Assembly: GCA_002633005.1 (NCBI GenBank) | Contig: NMRA01000015.1 | Location: 423,793 to 487,792 of the forward strand | Length of the DNA stretch: 64,000 bases | Direction: 5' to 3' | Source of the DNA: Phoronis australis | Lineage: Eukaryota; Animalia; Phoronida | Shown: positions 26,295 through 40,694 of the stretch, piece by piece | Numbering within the stretch: the stretch's first letter is position 1 | Layout of the letters: every line of letters begins with the position of its first letter | Made by a program: the position numbers and the translations under genes | Notes under the pieces: generated by a model | The model's database searches: none | What the model was told of the DNA's origin: nothing | What the model saw: the letters and a program-made list of their open reading frames with translations, nothing else

Positions 26295-26515
26295 CCATGG
26301 AGTTTCTCATGTTATTTGTTGTTGTCTGATTCTTTATACAATTTTTTTCTCGGTTGCATCACAATATTCGTCCTTCCAGAGCCAACGTGGGCTGTGGGGT
26401 GCAACCCCGACTTGACGGAAAAAGTTCAAACTAGACAAATACCCGAGGATGCGTGATCTGGAATTCTTTGCCTTCCCGCGGACATCAATGAGAGACACGA
26501 AAATGTGCTTTATTT
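26295..26515 (+). pseudogene. Decayed THAP fragment, copy 2
   Basis: Nucleotide blocks are shared with 3990-4215 (TTTTCTCGGT.GCAT, GCTGT.GG.TGCAAC, AAACTAG.CAAATACC, ACATCAATGAGA). Translates AVGCN..KLDKYPRMRDLEFFAFP across a frameshift. Confidence 0.6.
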
Positions 26516-29500
26516 CCAAAACTAGGTAATGTGCTTTCTTATTGCTGGGACAAAAGAGAGTTCTATCGTCGTGTAATACGAGACGGTCCTATTCTGACAC
26601 TCCTTACCAAGCCTCCGATCAAATGGCTACACTCGACCAACGCCATCGTGAGGTTTGGGGCCGAGGCTGGGACCTACGCTAGAACATCCCTCAAAATGAG
26701 AATTCACGAGATAGCGTGAGATATTGCCAAATCGCAATGAGGCTCATAGTCTTCTTTACAACAGCTAAGTTTGTGTAGACGGCCGGAAGCAAAATAATGA
26801 TGATAAAAAGACCGGCGGAAATGGGTGCGGGTGGACCCTGGAAATCAAAATATATATTGTTCGTAAATAAAATAAAATAAATTTCTAAGATTGCTCGCGA
26901 CCGGACGAGGGTTATAACAGTGGTGACCATCACCGTTTTGGCGCAAGTAGATTTTCATCATTTTCCACAACAACTATGGCACTCGTCAACGACCAAGCTC
27001 GAAGATGAGAGACGACTATCCGGTGTTAGCAGGTTTAGTCATTACAAGGATAATTTCAGGAGTGCGCCGCGCGTCATTAACACAGAAAAAAAATCATTGA
27101 CGCACTCAGGTCAACCGACCCACTATAACTGTCACAAATAATTCGCCTGAATTTTTCTTGATTAATACGCATTGTGTCCAGAATCTGACATAACTACATG
27201 CACAGTAGCTCATCAAATCAACAATTTTAGCATATTGCGAAAATGCAGATTCCAAGTGTGAACATGCAGTTAGTCATTCAGAGTGATCACTAATCTCGTA
27301 ACGAACTGAGGGTAGCAGACGAAATTATGCATATTTTAATGCCATTCGCCAAAACCAAATCGAAATCAGACTTTCGACTAACATAGCCCACATGTCTTAA
27401 AGATTTGAGGCCATGTGGGTCTATTGGCTCATATGCTCCTTTTAATCACTACAACAGAACTAGACTTGTACCAAGCTCACTAACTTGAGTGAGCCGGTTC
27501 AAGTTTCCCAGGGGCATCTATCATGCAAAGAATGGTTGTTTTATGTTTAGATTTGCGATTGCGTGTTAAATAAACATTTTAAGTAACCAGGAACGAACTT
27601 TTAATACATTATTTTACGGGCAGGTGACCTTCTGAAAATATTATTAAGAACAATAACACAGCATAATTTTACATTTCTGGGATTTTTTGGCTAAAATCTT
27701 TATTTGGCCCTTTAACAGTTTTGAAATAAATTAAAATGAGTGTGTTAAAGCATATGTAATGGGCAAGTCTTCCAGTAGCTGATAAAATGAAATGAGATGT
27801 GCATTCACTGGCAATTAAAATTTATTGGAAATACTTTAATGATTCGTGTCACTATTTGAAGGTCGATATTATTATTTCACAACATGGCGGTGGTAAGATG
27901 GTGTTAAGAATTTGGTAACGTGAGCATGACTTGGTTGTTATCGAGCTCACAGATGTCTTGGCTATTTATCAAAACCGTAGCCATGATAATCGGATTATCT
28001 CACCTGAGTATTTCCTGTTTCTACGTCATCATTACGATTATGCTTCCAGTAGCATCAGTAGACTGTTTGCTTTTACCAAATATCCGCTTCACTTGGCAGC
28101 ATAACACGTGCAAACAACACACCCTCTCATTTCTCAGATTCTTTTTATTAATTTCAAGATACCCCAATTCTTCACCTATTTAAAAGTCAACACAAAATAG
28201 CGCACTTTGATTTTTTTCTCAGCTTTCTAGGAAAAATAAAGATAAAGAAATGCAAGATTATGAAGAGCTTGACTGAGTAGATATCCAGCAACAACGGTTG
28301 GTGACGTCATAAACCTATGTAATAGCAGACTGAATCCGTTCTTCAAAATTTTAAATTGTTTTGATTGCAAGTTTTTCGCAGAGATTAAGTTAAAATGATT
28401 ATGTTATTGCAAATAGTATTTTTGTGTGGCATGTGACGTGTATGTAACTGTATCTTTAAAGTACATTTTAACTACATTGAAAATTAACACATTTAAAACT
28501 TGTCCCTAAAGCTTCCTTAAACGTCACAATAAATTGTTAGATTAACACTGTTGTAGGCCTACACTTTGGCTTCGCTTGCAAGCTTTCTTGAAAAGTGACT
28601 TTCGATGTTAGTCGCGTGTTTTTCACAACGGCACATACGCCTAAATTCAAATGCACAGCTTTTCGGACAAGCTCATGAATCTCAAAGTGCAAATGCGCAA
28701 TGAATGTTCTTGTTTAAAAATCCCAAAAGGTGTCTCGCTAAGAAGGAAGAAGATTCATCCTGAACAGTTTCAATTTTTAAGCACTTTTTAAACGTGAGGA
28801 ATTTTCTCTTACAACTTGTGTGACTCTTATACAGTAACACAAGCCATTTCAGTAGACACTCTGACTTCCTTTAATTTTGAATTAAATTGTCAAAAGAAAA
28901 AAATCCGAAACAACGCGAGTAAACATTTTTAGTTTTGCCACGGCGTCCTCGAGGAGTTCTACTCGATTGTATTGTCCGCGAAGAACCTTACCGGATGTAT
29001 AATAGGCGCCATTTGTGGAATGTCTTGCACAAAAAGTTTCTCTTAAAACTCTTCGGTTTGCAGTTGGGGAAATTGACGTGTAAAAGCGAGCACTGTCTCA
29101 CTTTAAAACAGAATGGTCTCTCAGGCTTCTAAAAATTGTGATATATTTCCGTCAACAAATAACTTTTAAAACTTTCAACACCCGATGTGAATAGTGTATT
29201 TGCTTCTCTTGGCAGGTCCATGTTTTATTTTGCCTGCAGCCAACCCATTGCATTGTAGATTTTGAGTAAGACGCTGAACAGCACTGAAACGTTTTAGAGT
29301 ACTTTTGATCCGAACCGTCACTAAACAGTAGCCTCTTACTCTGTTGAACAGCTACATCGGCCTGTTTATTACCTAATCGGAGCCGACTTTGTGACACAAT
29401 AAGCGTGAACCACACGATTTTACTTACAGCTTGTGCCAGCCATTATCCAGCATTATGTTAATAGTAATCCACTCTGTGTATTAACGTTGAGAACACTAAT

Positions 29501-29893
29501 ACTGTTCACAACACATTAATTTCTGCCATTGAACCTTCACGGAGGGCATTTTCGCTTCGTGTTCGCCGACAATGTCGGCTTATCGTCTACTAGTGACTGT
29601 TATCTTTGAGCGTTGGTATAAACATTGCACGCCAAGGTAAATTCATACAGATTGGCTTCAGACAAGTGAACCGGCAAGACCCGTGAGAAGCACAGAGAAT
29701 CTTTGTTTTGATTCACTGTGTTTTGTGATAGTGTTTGGATGGAGCAACCTTTACGCTTTTGTGGTTTTCAATGTGATCGCAGTTAGTCAAACGTGGACTG
29801 TGTTTGTACAATCAAAGTGCCGAGAGTGGAGAACTGTTGCGGAAGGGTGCATTGTTTTGCTTCTATCGAGTGCCATTATAAAAATCGTACGCT

Positions 29894-29999
29894 ATGCCAA
29901 CGATGTCTTCACCTATCCGGAAACTTTCGACGGCAATGAACAGTAAACCACGTCCGATTCGCGTTCTCCTGCTCGGACAATCAGCTGTTGGAAAAACAG
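29894..29999 (+). CDS. Ras-family small GTPase, RERG/RASL11-like, coding exon 1
   Basis: MPTMSSPIRKLSTAMNSKPRPIRVLLLGQSAVGKT contains the G1 P-loop. Donor G|GTAAGG, phase 1. The start could be one of the downstream in-frame ATGs. Confidence 0.9.
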
Positions 30000-32900
30000 G
30001 TAAGGCGATTAGTTTTCTTTGTCCTCAATCATCCAGGTAAAGTGATGAAAATTCTGTCTCAGTTCATTTGCAGATTATATGCTCATCATTGCAGCCAATG
30101 CACAGAAGCCAGCGTTGCCGGTGGTTCGTTGTCGAGGTCATTGTCTTCACACAATTTCACACAAATTCGGCACCGGTTTAGCCGATCCGCTGGTTTAGAA
30201 GTTAGAACCCTTATCAGTCAAAGGAATTTTAAAAAATGACTTATCGGTTTTTTACTTCATGGTATTTACCTTCTAGACAAATTCCTACCCTGCTTTTAAT
30301 GAGCCAAGCTCGAGTGCTTACTTCTAGACAATATTTTCTGTTTTACCTCCTAGAAATTTGGCAAAAGCATCCGAAATCTACTCAACATGCTTATAGAAAA
30401 GTAATACACTTCAATTCTTTCGAACACAAGGTTGTGTGAAATATTACAAATTTGTATTTTTTATGTGGCACTCTTTTACCACCTAATGGAGCCTGAGTCA
30501 GGGCTGCACGTCTAAATTGAAACTGTCTCGAGATGTTAGTACTAAGTTTTCAGCGGACTTTCCACCAACCGAACCGCTGCTCATAATTTGATTTTAAGCT
30601 GTTATTTTATTAACACCTTAACAATGTACAGCAGTAGCAAAGAATTTTATTGCTGGGTGGGCAAATGAGGGGTTTTTGACATATTACGCAAGTTGTTTTG
30701 CATTGCACAAAACAGTACTGTGTATTCATTTTGAAAACCAACTAAGTCTGCTTTAACAGAAAACACCACCTAGAAACGTACAATATTGTACAATCGTCTG
30801 ACATCGAATTAAATATTCTTCTGTCAATTAGCATTTTGTTGACACAAATGAAGACTTACTGATTGACAAAGGCCTCAGAGTAATTCAGGCAGACCTGTCG
30901 TCTTATCGAACTAATCACGAACGAGTCACTTCATACAAAAGCATTTTAACTCGACTCGTCATTCGGATCTTAGCTCATTGTTCGGATTTAATGCCACTTC
31001 TGAGTATATTTAACGTCTACGAAACGTATTATAGGCTAACTTAACAACACGTTATCTTGGTTATGTTCTTGTTATGGGTTTGTGTGTTTACGAACCTGAA
31101 TTCTTGGTAAACTATTGTGTTCAGGTATTCGTATATAAAGCACTTCGGCAACGTATCGTGGGACTCAAAAAAAAAACGAGAGAACACCCATATTTCTGTG
31201 CAAGACCAGGGGAGTGGGCGGATATCCCAGAGGGGACAGCGTGCCCTATTTTCGGAAGACACAAAGTTCGTTTACTCTCGAGTTTTTATCGATTAGAAAC
31301 TTATGGGAATTTTATTGATTGCCTGGAATTTTCCGAAACTACATTTTCATAAACCTTAATGATGATATGCAATCTACATGTGACAACTAATCCAGACAAC
31401 ATCACCTCATACAAATATGACGAATGTTGTGACCACGTCATACTTTCGCTTGCATTCTTTGCATTGCACACATACTATTAAGCCCCTGTATAGAACAAGG
31501 TGTTTTCTGGCATACCACATATCGCACTTAATGGTCATAAATCATGCAGTCGAAATCTTCGGGGATTCAACAACCTAATAAAATCGAGGGTCATATAATG
31601 CAGCCTTAGTAATTAAATTATGTAAAGATTCGCGTGATAACATCGATTAAGGTCAAGAATAGGGCATCTCACATTTCCCAAAATCAAGTGACCGGTTCTT
31701 TTGTCTAATTCATTTTTCAAAATGCAACATTACGATAAAGCAACTTTATTCACAGACGTATGTTCTCTTTCAACGCAACGCAATCAGTTTTTGGTTGAAA
31801 TGGAAATTGGTTACGATAAAACGCCTGGAATATTCCCCCAACAGCCATATTGCATCCAAGAGCCACATTGCTTCAACGGATGAAATTAACACGCCGTGTT
31901 AAGCTACTGGTTGTTTTTCTCAGACCCAGAAATCCTTTCTAGTCTGACCAAGGAATACCACTGACGTGGCTCATTTCTAGTCTGACTAAGAAACATCACG
32001 TGGCCCATTTCATAACAGTGGTCTAAAATCACTGTAGTTTTTGACAGACAGTCGGGTTTATCATTGTATATAACGCGTAGCATGTATTTTGATATATAAG
32101 AGAAATCTCAATGGTGAGCTTTTTATAACTGTAATGATGAACTCCGTGTCTCTTCTTTGCCTATCCACTTGTTGTAGCCATACACCTTGCCATTGGCCAC
32201 GTCACTCACATTTCTCGACATTTCCTCGGGGGAATTTTCGAGAGATAGGATCTAAGAGCAAAATTCTTGCTTTTAAGCGTTGAAAATCATCATTTTCTCA
32301 GCTGCGGGAACTGTCACTCAAGTGTTTAGTTTAACGGGGTTGTGTGAAGGAAGCACTCAGAACAATTTCAAACTAATTTTTCGCATCACTACTTCGACGA
32401 CCAAACTAAATAGGTAGTGAGAGGCTCTGTTCAACAAGGCTATTATTTACTACGTGTTGGTTTCAGTTTTCATTATTTGAAGGCAGTTCCGTGTAAAATC
32501 ATTTCATGCGCATAGACTTATTGATCAAATTTAAAACTGTGAACATGAAATGACGACAAAATACTCGAACTAGCTGTACGCCAAACATTGTAGGCCGATC
32601 CGATGAAGAGTTCTCGCTAAAGGTGCTACACAATCGTACGCACGAACATCAAATTATCCGCACGACCCACTGAATTACCCGCATGATTTTTTGCTCGCCA
32701 AAATGCGTATATTACACTGTGCCCTTGCGCACGGAAAGATGATCAAGATATTGACTTCGATGTACGAGCTTTATTCTTTAGTTTGCGTATAACGGCTGTT
32801 GCTTCGTATGCACTAGGCAGCGTTGCAAGCGGTTTCCCTAAATAAATACACGAACTGAAATGAAATTGAAGAAATGTCACGCTAAATTCGTTATCTTTTA

Positions 32901-34304
32901 ACTATTAACGAGAATAATCCGATTGTCAATTTCGGGTACGATAAATGGGTATTCGATTAATCCTCTCATAAACTGCCACTCCGCATGTGATCTCCACAGA
33001 GTGGTATCCCGGACGACTTAGGTCCTTCGTGCTATTTCGTACCTGCTGCTGAAGGAGTGTGAAGTTCAAAATAGCACCATGATCGGCGGTTGATTAATGA
33101 AAAATGAGACCTCCATTGCAAATTGATGACCGTAGCCGACAGGTGGTGATAATCTAGCACTGGCTTCCAGGGGCGTAAAAGAAGTTATTACAACACGCCC
33201 GTTTGTCACAGCATTAAAAACAACAAATATAAAGGATTTGATTTCATTGACTATGGATTCAAAGCTGTTTTGCTGGTCTTCATTGAGGTCCTATTTTCAT
33301 GTTGTTTTTTATTGTTTATTACGAAAATTACGATGTACAATATTAATAGTTAAGCCTAGAAAGCGCCAACATGCGTTTTATCAGGCAAACCTTGAACAAC
33401 TACATCTCTGTCTCCACACTTGTATTTCGTCTTCCGCCCGACTTTGTACGCATACCGTCGGCAGTTGAATTACTGAAAGAACACTTCAGCAGTTGTATGC
33501 GAAGTCGCACACCGGCGAAAAACAGTTGACAGTGGATAAAGTTGATGTACCCGAGTTCGGGCGAACAGGGCAGTTAAAATTCAAATTGAACCGATGCTGT
33601 TATTCGTTTTTTGGTCCGGATTAAAAGAATCCCAAACCTTGCAGTCTCTAACAATAATGGCGGATCTTGTTATTAGAGAATGGTAGAACACTTGTCTTTG
33701 GGGATTTTTGTTTCCTGGTTAAAGATCTCTTACTTGGGAAAAGCTGGTGCAGCAACTGAATATAGACTCACATTCGCGTCCCGAAGTAACTACTTCTGGG
33801 AATCAACAAATTTCATGATCATGCACAAGTTTACCTTTCCACGGTTCCCATGTTGTGCACTGGATGCCGCTGTTTACGTAACGTCATCCTAGTCATAGAT
33901 ACCACTGTGATGACCTTCATATGACCTTCACGGCACGAGGCCTCTTGTTTGCATCATATCTTAGTATATTTTTTGGGTCAGACACGAACTCAAAATTTAA
34001 CTCCACAACAGCGGCTGATTAGAGAATGGTAACTGGACAACCCGGCGGACTGGGAGTTATTTGTTATAAGCACCAAAAACAAGACGATTGATTAAAGCCA
34101 ACGCCACGTTTATACTTCAGGCTGACACAGACAATTTGTAAGCGGACGTGGTAACGGGAAGTGTTGGTGCTTGCATTGTGATAATTAACAGCGTAACGAA
34201 AAATCGTATCGTAATTCAAGCATATGTCCCATCGATGGAGTTTTTCTTTTGAGACAGTTGCACAATAACTGGTTTCCAGCTTAGAACAATCATCATCCAC
34301 TATT

Positions 34305-34585
34305 TATGTCATGGTGACACATGCACAACAAGCTAGATGAGTCATCGTCCACTAGATGGTGGTGACACATGCACAAGACGAGTCATCGTCCACTAGATGG
34401 TGGTGATCGACACATGCACAAGACGAGTCATCGTCCACTAGATGGTGGTGACACATGCACAAGGCGAGTCATCGTCCACTAGATGGTGGTGGCACATGCA
34501 CAACAACTGAAGACGAGTCATCGTCGACATGCACAGCAAGACGAGTCATCGTCCACTAGATGGTGGTGACACATGCACAAGACGA
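34305..34585. repeat. Imperfect minisatellite, about 41-bp unit, about 6 copies
   Basis: Unit GAGTCATCGTCCACTAGATGGTGGTGACACATGCACAAGAC with small indels. Confidence 0.9.
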
Positions 34586-36682
34586 AAGAATTGGCACAAT
34601 CACCTTCTGCCGTCTGATTTCTTGGAAAGTATTTCACTTGTAGTTTCCCAAAAAATTTGGAATATTTTTAATTTTTGTGTCACCAGTGACCTAATATGAC
34701 CTTGCCGAGGAAATTTCCGTTACATGTATGAAAATGGCAACCAGGACCTCTGATCCCGGGGAAATTCTCACCCGAACCAAACGAGTGACAGCTGGTTACT
34801 GAGATCCAAAGTTTTATGAGATGTAGTTACCCAGTCTGAACACAAAACATCTATGCAAACATTGTAATATAGTGTAACTTTTCATTCAGTGTACGTAACC
34901 TGTTAATCGGGTATCATATATACCTTTGACACGAGTTATTTATTAACAACAGAAGTAGTACATGTAGCAATAGGATCATTTATTTCGGTAAAACATAAAT
35001 ATGACGCTAGATCAAATAATTTTATATTAATGATGTTGATGTCACACTTCTGCCAGCCAGTTTGAAGCCGTTAACTGGTTGGGTTCAGAGGTCAACTGGC
35101 TGCTGTCACTTGCGCAAAGCTTGAAAGCTCAAAATGACATGAATTTAGCTGAACATCGACAGCAGTGTCGAGTTCAATAACTGTTTCGCGACGAGAAAAA
35201 CATAGCCAAAAAAAACGCGCTCTCATTGAAAATACACAACGATGTCTCGCGGAATCTCACGAGACCTCGCTTTTCTAGTGGCGCTGAACGCTGTCCAGGT
35301 TTCCACCAAAGACGCTAACGGTCTCTGTTTCCACCCTCCCTGGTCCACAGTGTGGTCGCATGGCACCTATGACTCGTGCTGCCATCTGGTGGTGTTAGGG
35401 AATACTTGGTGGGTAGCAAGGGCAACCAGGGGGGCAAAAGGGGGGGGGGGGGGTTGGCGAGGTACTTACAAGGTCGGGGGCATATACGACTCAGATGGTT
35501 GATTGATTTTTTACGGCTAGATTGCCCTTGAAAGCTAAAGATACCAGTTTTCCAGGTAGATTCTCAATGAAAGAGTCCACTTTCACAATGGATGTCGTAA
35601 GCTATTGTTTAACTTGCGAGATCTATGCAACAGGCGTAAGCGCGTCGCATGGTTATCATCTACGGGGTACTACCATTGTTTTCCTTTGTTGAGTCTTTGT
35701 TGGATATAACAATGCAGGTAGCACGGATATCGTAGCTTGCATGGGCGTACATCAGCCGGTTACCGATAAATGCTTTCCATCATCTTTATTGTAAGAAAGA
35801 AAAACAAAGTGAACAATGGATTACGCCTATCTACCGGTCTCTATGCGACGAGCTTGCGACCTAGTTTCCCGTGGGTTTACAAAAGGTCTCATGTTGTGTT
35901 AAAATAATATAGTTGGATGTTGATTCATTAAATAGCATTTTATAGCGTTTGAGATCCCTATAAAGGACGTTATGAGAAAAAAATACGAAATAACAAATTT
36001 TCACAGAAGTTCATAATAAATTGTGCCAAGTCCCCAAAAGGGTGGGGGGTTACCTTACTGACTCTATAAAAGGGCGACTATCGTAATTTCTCAACGGTAC
36101 ATCCCTTCAAAATAGTTGAAGGGCCCCTACATGGAGAAAACCACGTCCGATTTCATGAAAATATATGTTTATTAGACATTTTGCAAAAACGTGAAGTTCG
36201 TTACTTTCAGCAGGACAGAAGCTTTCGGTCTCCAACGTTGCCTCGTGAACATCTCCATGTTGGTGCGTAACTCCCCCCCCCCGTAAAATCCCTTAGATAA
36301 AGGCTGCCTTTATGTTTTCCATATCCGTTTATAGTGCACTTTTCGTCCATACCCCCTGCCGCCTAGCTTGTCAGGCATGCAAGAAACGTTTCACGCTTTT
36401 CCCCAATGGTTTTTAATTTCTCATTGCTTGCAATGCGAATAGTTAAATCTCTAGCGACCTAATCACAGTTGACGTTGTGTGTGTAATCTCTTATCTGAAT
36501 TATATATTCTATAAAAATTAGCCAAGATATCGTGGGCGATAAGAAATTCGACCACCTCGTCGTCCCAAACTAAATGTTGACACGGGAAAAAATGCAGGAA
36601 ATGGGTTTTCCATACACTTTTAACGAAAGCAGTTTTAATTGCTTGTGTTAAAAGTGTATGGAAAAAAACATGTTGAAAAGTC

Positions 36683-36903
36683 CATGTATGCTGCAGTCAC
36701 ACATAGAGTTCATGTATGCTGCAGTCGTACACAGAGTTCATGTATGCTGCAGTCGTACATAGAGCCCATGTATGCTGCAGTCGTACATAGAGTTCATGTA
36801 TGCTGCAGTCGTACATAGAGTTCATGTATGCTGCAGTCGTACATAGAGTTCATGTATGCTGCAGTCGTACATAGAGTTCATGTATGCTGCAGTCGTACAT
36901 AGT
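36683..36903. repeat. Minisatellite, 28-bp unit, about 8 copies
   Basis: Unit CATGTATGCTGCAGTCGTACATAGAGTT. The array ends near the n at 36915, so the copy number may be collapsed. Confidence 0.95.
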
Positions 36904-38422
36904 TGCGTGAGGATNGGGGGGGGGGGGTCAGGGCAATTCAGTGCCCCCCTCCTTAGATTCGGGTAAAACAAACAAATATTCGGAGGATCCGTGAGAAAAA
37001 CCAGGAAAAACGAGAAATTGTGGTGGCTACAGGGGGACAGGGGGAGGGGTTGGTGGCGGCCGGGGAATGGGTACAATATGTGGTGAAATTGGTGGCAACA
37101 GCGGGCCGCGAGGAGTGCAATTCTCCTACGCCAATATTCGGGCAAATGCTTTTCATTTGCCTACCCAGACAGCCGAGCACAGATACGCCCACGATCCTGG
37201 CACCATCCCGTATCGGAAGGTTGCTAGATTTATGACTGGGTTAAATTATTGGCTGAGATTTTCTGAATGCACGTGGACGAAACATTGCTGAGTGATATGC
37301 AGTGGAGCCTCAGGATGAGAATAAACTTCAGGTGATAAATATAGAATGAGGTAACAATATTGATTTATGCCTTGATTTTACCACAATAGTAAGCAGATTG
37401 TAAATTTGGTCTGTGTGGTATTTAGAAAGTAGATATTAGAACAAGTTCATTGTTATAAGTTCAGTCTACTGTCTACATAAGATGGTGAGAAGAGTTTAGT
37501 CGTGGCACGTGAAACGGCATATTGCCGTGCGTGAACGCTTTTTGTCATATCCCGATGAAACGTGTATTTTCGTGAACCGTGGCGATTGTGGGGAAAGGGG
37601 GATTGGCAGCAATGGGCGGAGGTGAGACGACGGGGGAGGGGATTCTCCCCTGCCTTCATTGGCGGACAAAGCTATGGCATATGCCCCCTTCCGTGAACAG
37701 GCAAGTCCAGATACTCTTATGGTTTGGACGTCACTATACGTTCAAGATTCATTTAGTGTTCTGAGGGCATCTTTGTTTTATTTCACAAATTCGTTCACGA
37801 CTTGTGGTTCGTGACAGATCAGCATTTCAGACAATGTACCGACTTAGCTTTATGAAAGAAATTAATAAATGCTATCTCATGTTCAATCTGGATTGTAGGA
37901 TTTCTAAGGATTATCGTGTTTCGCCGATGTATCTTATTCACAGTTTGCGATAATCTTTGGCCTCGCTGTTTACCTTGTTGGATTTAATAAGCAAATATAA
38001 ATATTTCATTAGCAAAATTTCAGTCATCACTCCAAGCCGTGTTGGCCACGTGGCCTAACATCAAATTTAATAATGAATCAGACTTAAAAAACGCTACAAC
38101 GTCTTTCATCCAAACATTTTCCTGATAATAACGAATTTTGAGAATTCCGTAACTAACACTCGTGTTACAGTACGTGTGTAGGGCACTTGAATAATGTATG
38201 TTCCCGTCTCAGATGAAGCTCTAAGGTGCAGCCGCAGACGACAGATCCAAATTTTGGGTTACATAAACAACAAATGGTTTATTATTATTTTAAATGGCTA
38301 AATTTTAACGTTATTGGAGTTGCTTCACTAATTTATTATTTTCGTTTTTCTAAATGCGTGTCATTGAGTTCTATCTTTACTACAGAGATGTTCCATACTA
38401 ACTTTCATATTCTCTATTCCAG

Positions 38423-38479
38423 CGTTAACTGTTCGGTTCATTACGAAAAGATTTATTGGCGAATATGACCCAACATTAG
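38423..38479 (+). CDS. RERG/RASL11-like GTPase, coding exon 2
   Basis: Acceptor TTCCAG|. Encodes (A)LTVRFITKRFIGEYDPTL(E), the switch I/G2 region. Donor G|GTGAGT. Phases 1-1 match the neighbouring exons. Confidence 0.93.
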
Positions 38480-40694
38480 GTGAGTACAGCTCTCAATGAA
38501 TCATTCTTTATAATGTCTCCAAGATTACTCCAGATCAAGCCATTGATTAATTTTAGATTTACCCGCGGAAAACAATTCCGCGTTTCACTGCAACGAACAA
38601 AATCGACACTTTTTTGTAACTTTACCCATACTTGATAGTATACGTAACGTATGTGGACTGACACTTCGCAACCAGCTGTGTTCTCATGTCTCACATCAAA
38701 ATGAAGCTATTTCAAAACAATATTTCAGCAATGGCTGGAAAAACGGAACTGAATATACAGAACGAATGGTTACTTGTCAAATGGTCGTCTGAAAGGTTTT
38801 CATAACATGCGTGAAAAATGAGTGAATTGTTATTTTGCAAAATTTTTGTCTTAAAATTGTTAACGTTAACACACCGTAACTTGTGGAAATACGTTAATTT
38901 CCCACTTTATTTGCTGCGGCTACGAACACGCGTTCCGTCAACAACACAAAGTTTTGATTTAGACTTATCGCTGTAAAACTGATCGTCACTCCTTGCTAAC
39001 TCTTTTGAGAGGTGCTTCTAGACAGTTAGCTATCGTTCGAAACCGTTCTCGGCGCAATGACCGTAGCAAGCCAACTTGTTAGCCTGGATTTAAGCAATGG
39101 TGACATACTGCCATCTCTTTCCGAGCTCACAAATTCGTCTAATTTGATTGAGGGAGAATTTAAGACGGAAGCAATCTAAATCAGAAGTTAGTGTTGTGAC
39201 GGAAAGCTGGTTTGTAGCCGCTCTAAAATATCGCATATTAAAACGCCGAAGAAATTATGAATTGCAGATAGAAGATTATGCATGTAGGGTGCTGCTCGAG
39301 TATATTAATTGAATTGATAAAGATGAAACGATAATTTCCATAATAGACTTATCAAGACCTATGTTTAAGCATATTTCCAATAAATCGTCGCTGACTGGTG
39401 ACTAAGAAATGTATGCTTCAGTCGAATTTCAATTAGCAAGTACACTTTAATGAACAGAGAGTGAATTTCATAGCTATTCTTCTAGGTCCAACATGTGTCT
39501 CCCTGTCCTTTATTAATTATGTAATAAACTTGTTGGACCTAGGCGGTAATTTAAAGTTCAACTTTTCTCTGAGTTAATCTCCAACATTGCATCTACTCTA
39601 TCTCAAGTGAAGAGATTATGTCGTAGATTCCTAAGTGCGCATAATTTGTCCAACAGATACTGACAAGCCTTATAAAAATGTGTGATTTATTTTAAAAAAA
39701 TCTTTATTAAATTTTTGAAACGCTTGGCAACCACTTGCTTGTCGTACTATATATGTGTCATTCGTAAAATGTTTTGCTGATGAAAATACAGCAAGGGACG
39801 TCTAATTTTGCAAGAGACACAATTACATGTAAAAAAACCCGATGATTTTGTTGGTAACGGAAATAGACTTTAGTCGTACGCTTTTTTCAGTTCTGAAATC
39901 TAATTTGAGCAAAAGTGTAAAGTCTCCGAGATATACACATAATAGCTAAATGATGACATAATTTCAAAAACGATTTCTAGGCTATGAAACGCTTGCAATT
40001 ACTTGGACAAACTTGTATTCAGCAACTTTGAATTGGGAGCGTAATACCAAATATTTGTCTTCATGAAACATACCTTAACAGGTGAGACATTATTCTCAGA
40101 TAGTTTATGTACGAAGACTCATTGACAATGTTGGTATCGGTCACTAACCCGCGAAGATGATTCTCAATAGATGAATAAATATATTACAAATGTAACATAA
40201 GCATTAAATTGTCGACAACCAGCTGTGCACTATTGGTAACCTCTGACGTAGAATGATACATTTGGTGTAGTAATCGCCGGCGTGTGTACATGATCGATGG
40301 TTCTAATGAATCCAAATCGCCACATCTACTCACGATTTATTGTTGCTTTTTTCTGAAATAGATCGAATTATGCTCGCAGAAACTGGTCCAATCTTTTGAT
40401 AGTTATCAGGGTTTGTATATTTAGGTAGATATGTCCGCATAACTGTCATCCATAAATCAGCAGTAAAAAAGTATCGGACATACAAGTATTTAAACTATTA
40501 ATTTAACAGTAGCCTAATCACTAGCGCTCACTCTTCTGAACTGATAACGTCTAAATATATCCTTTACAAAATCTTCTATGGAAGTTTATGGCAAATACTA
40601 TAGATTTTATCAAACTTAATTGGTTTACGATCTGAACCTAGTATCACTAACATTTGTTTCAGGTTTGATATCGGGACGGTGTCGACGGGACGGC

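Noticed and set aside
24350-27715. Kolobok-like ends finishing in CTTTAA (about 24504 and 27715)
   Set aside because: No matching opposite TIR was found by eye, so no element could be delimited.
31074-31352. 92-aa ORF inside the GTPase first intron
   Set aside because: No family motif, no supporting splice signals, and the length is within chance.
36605-36665. 60-bp palindrome as a miRNA hairpin
   Set aside because: AT-rich near-perfect palindrome more typical of a MITE remnant. No known mature miRNA was recognised.
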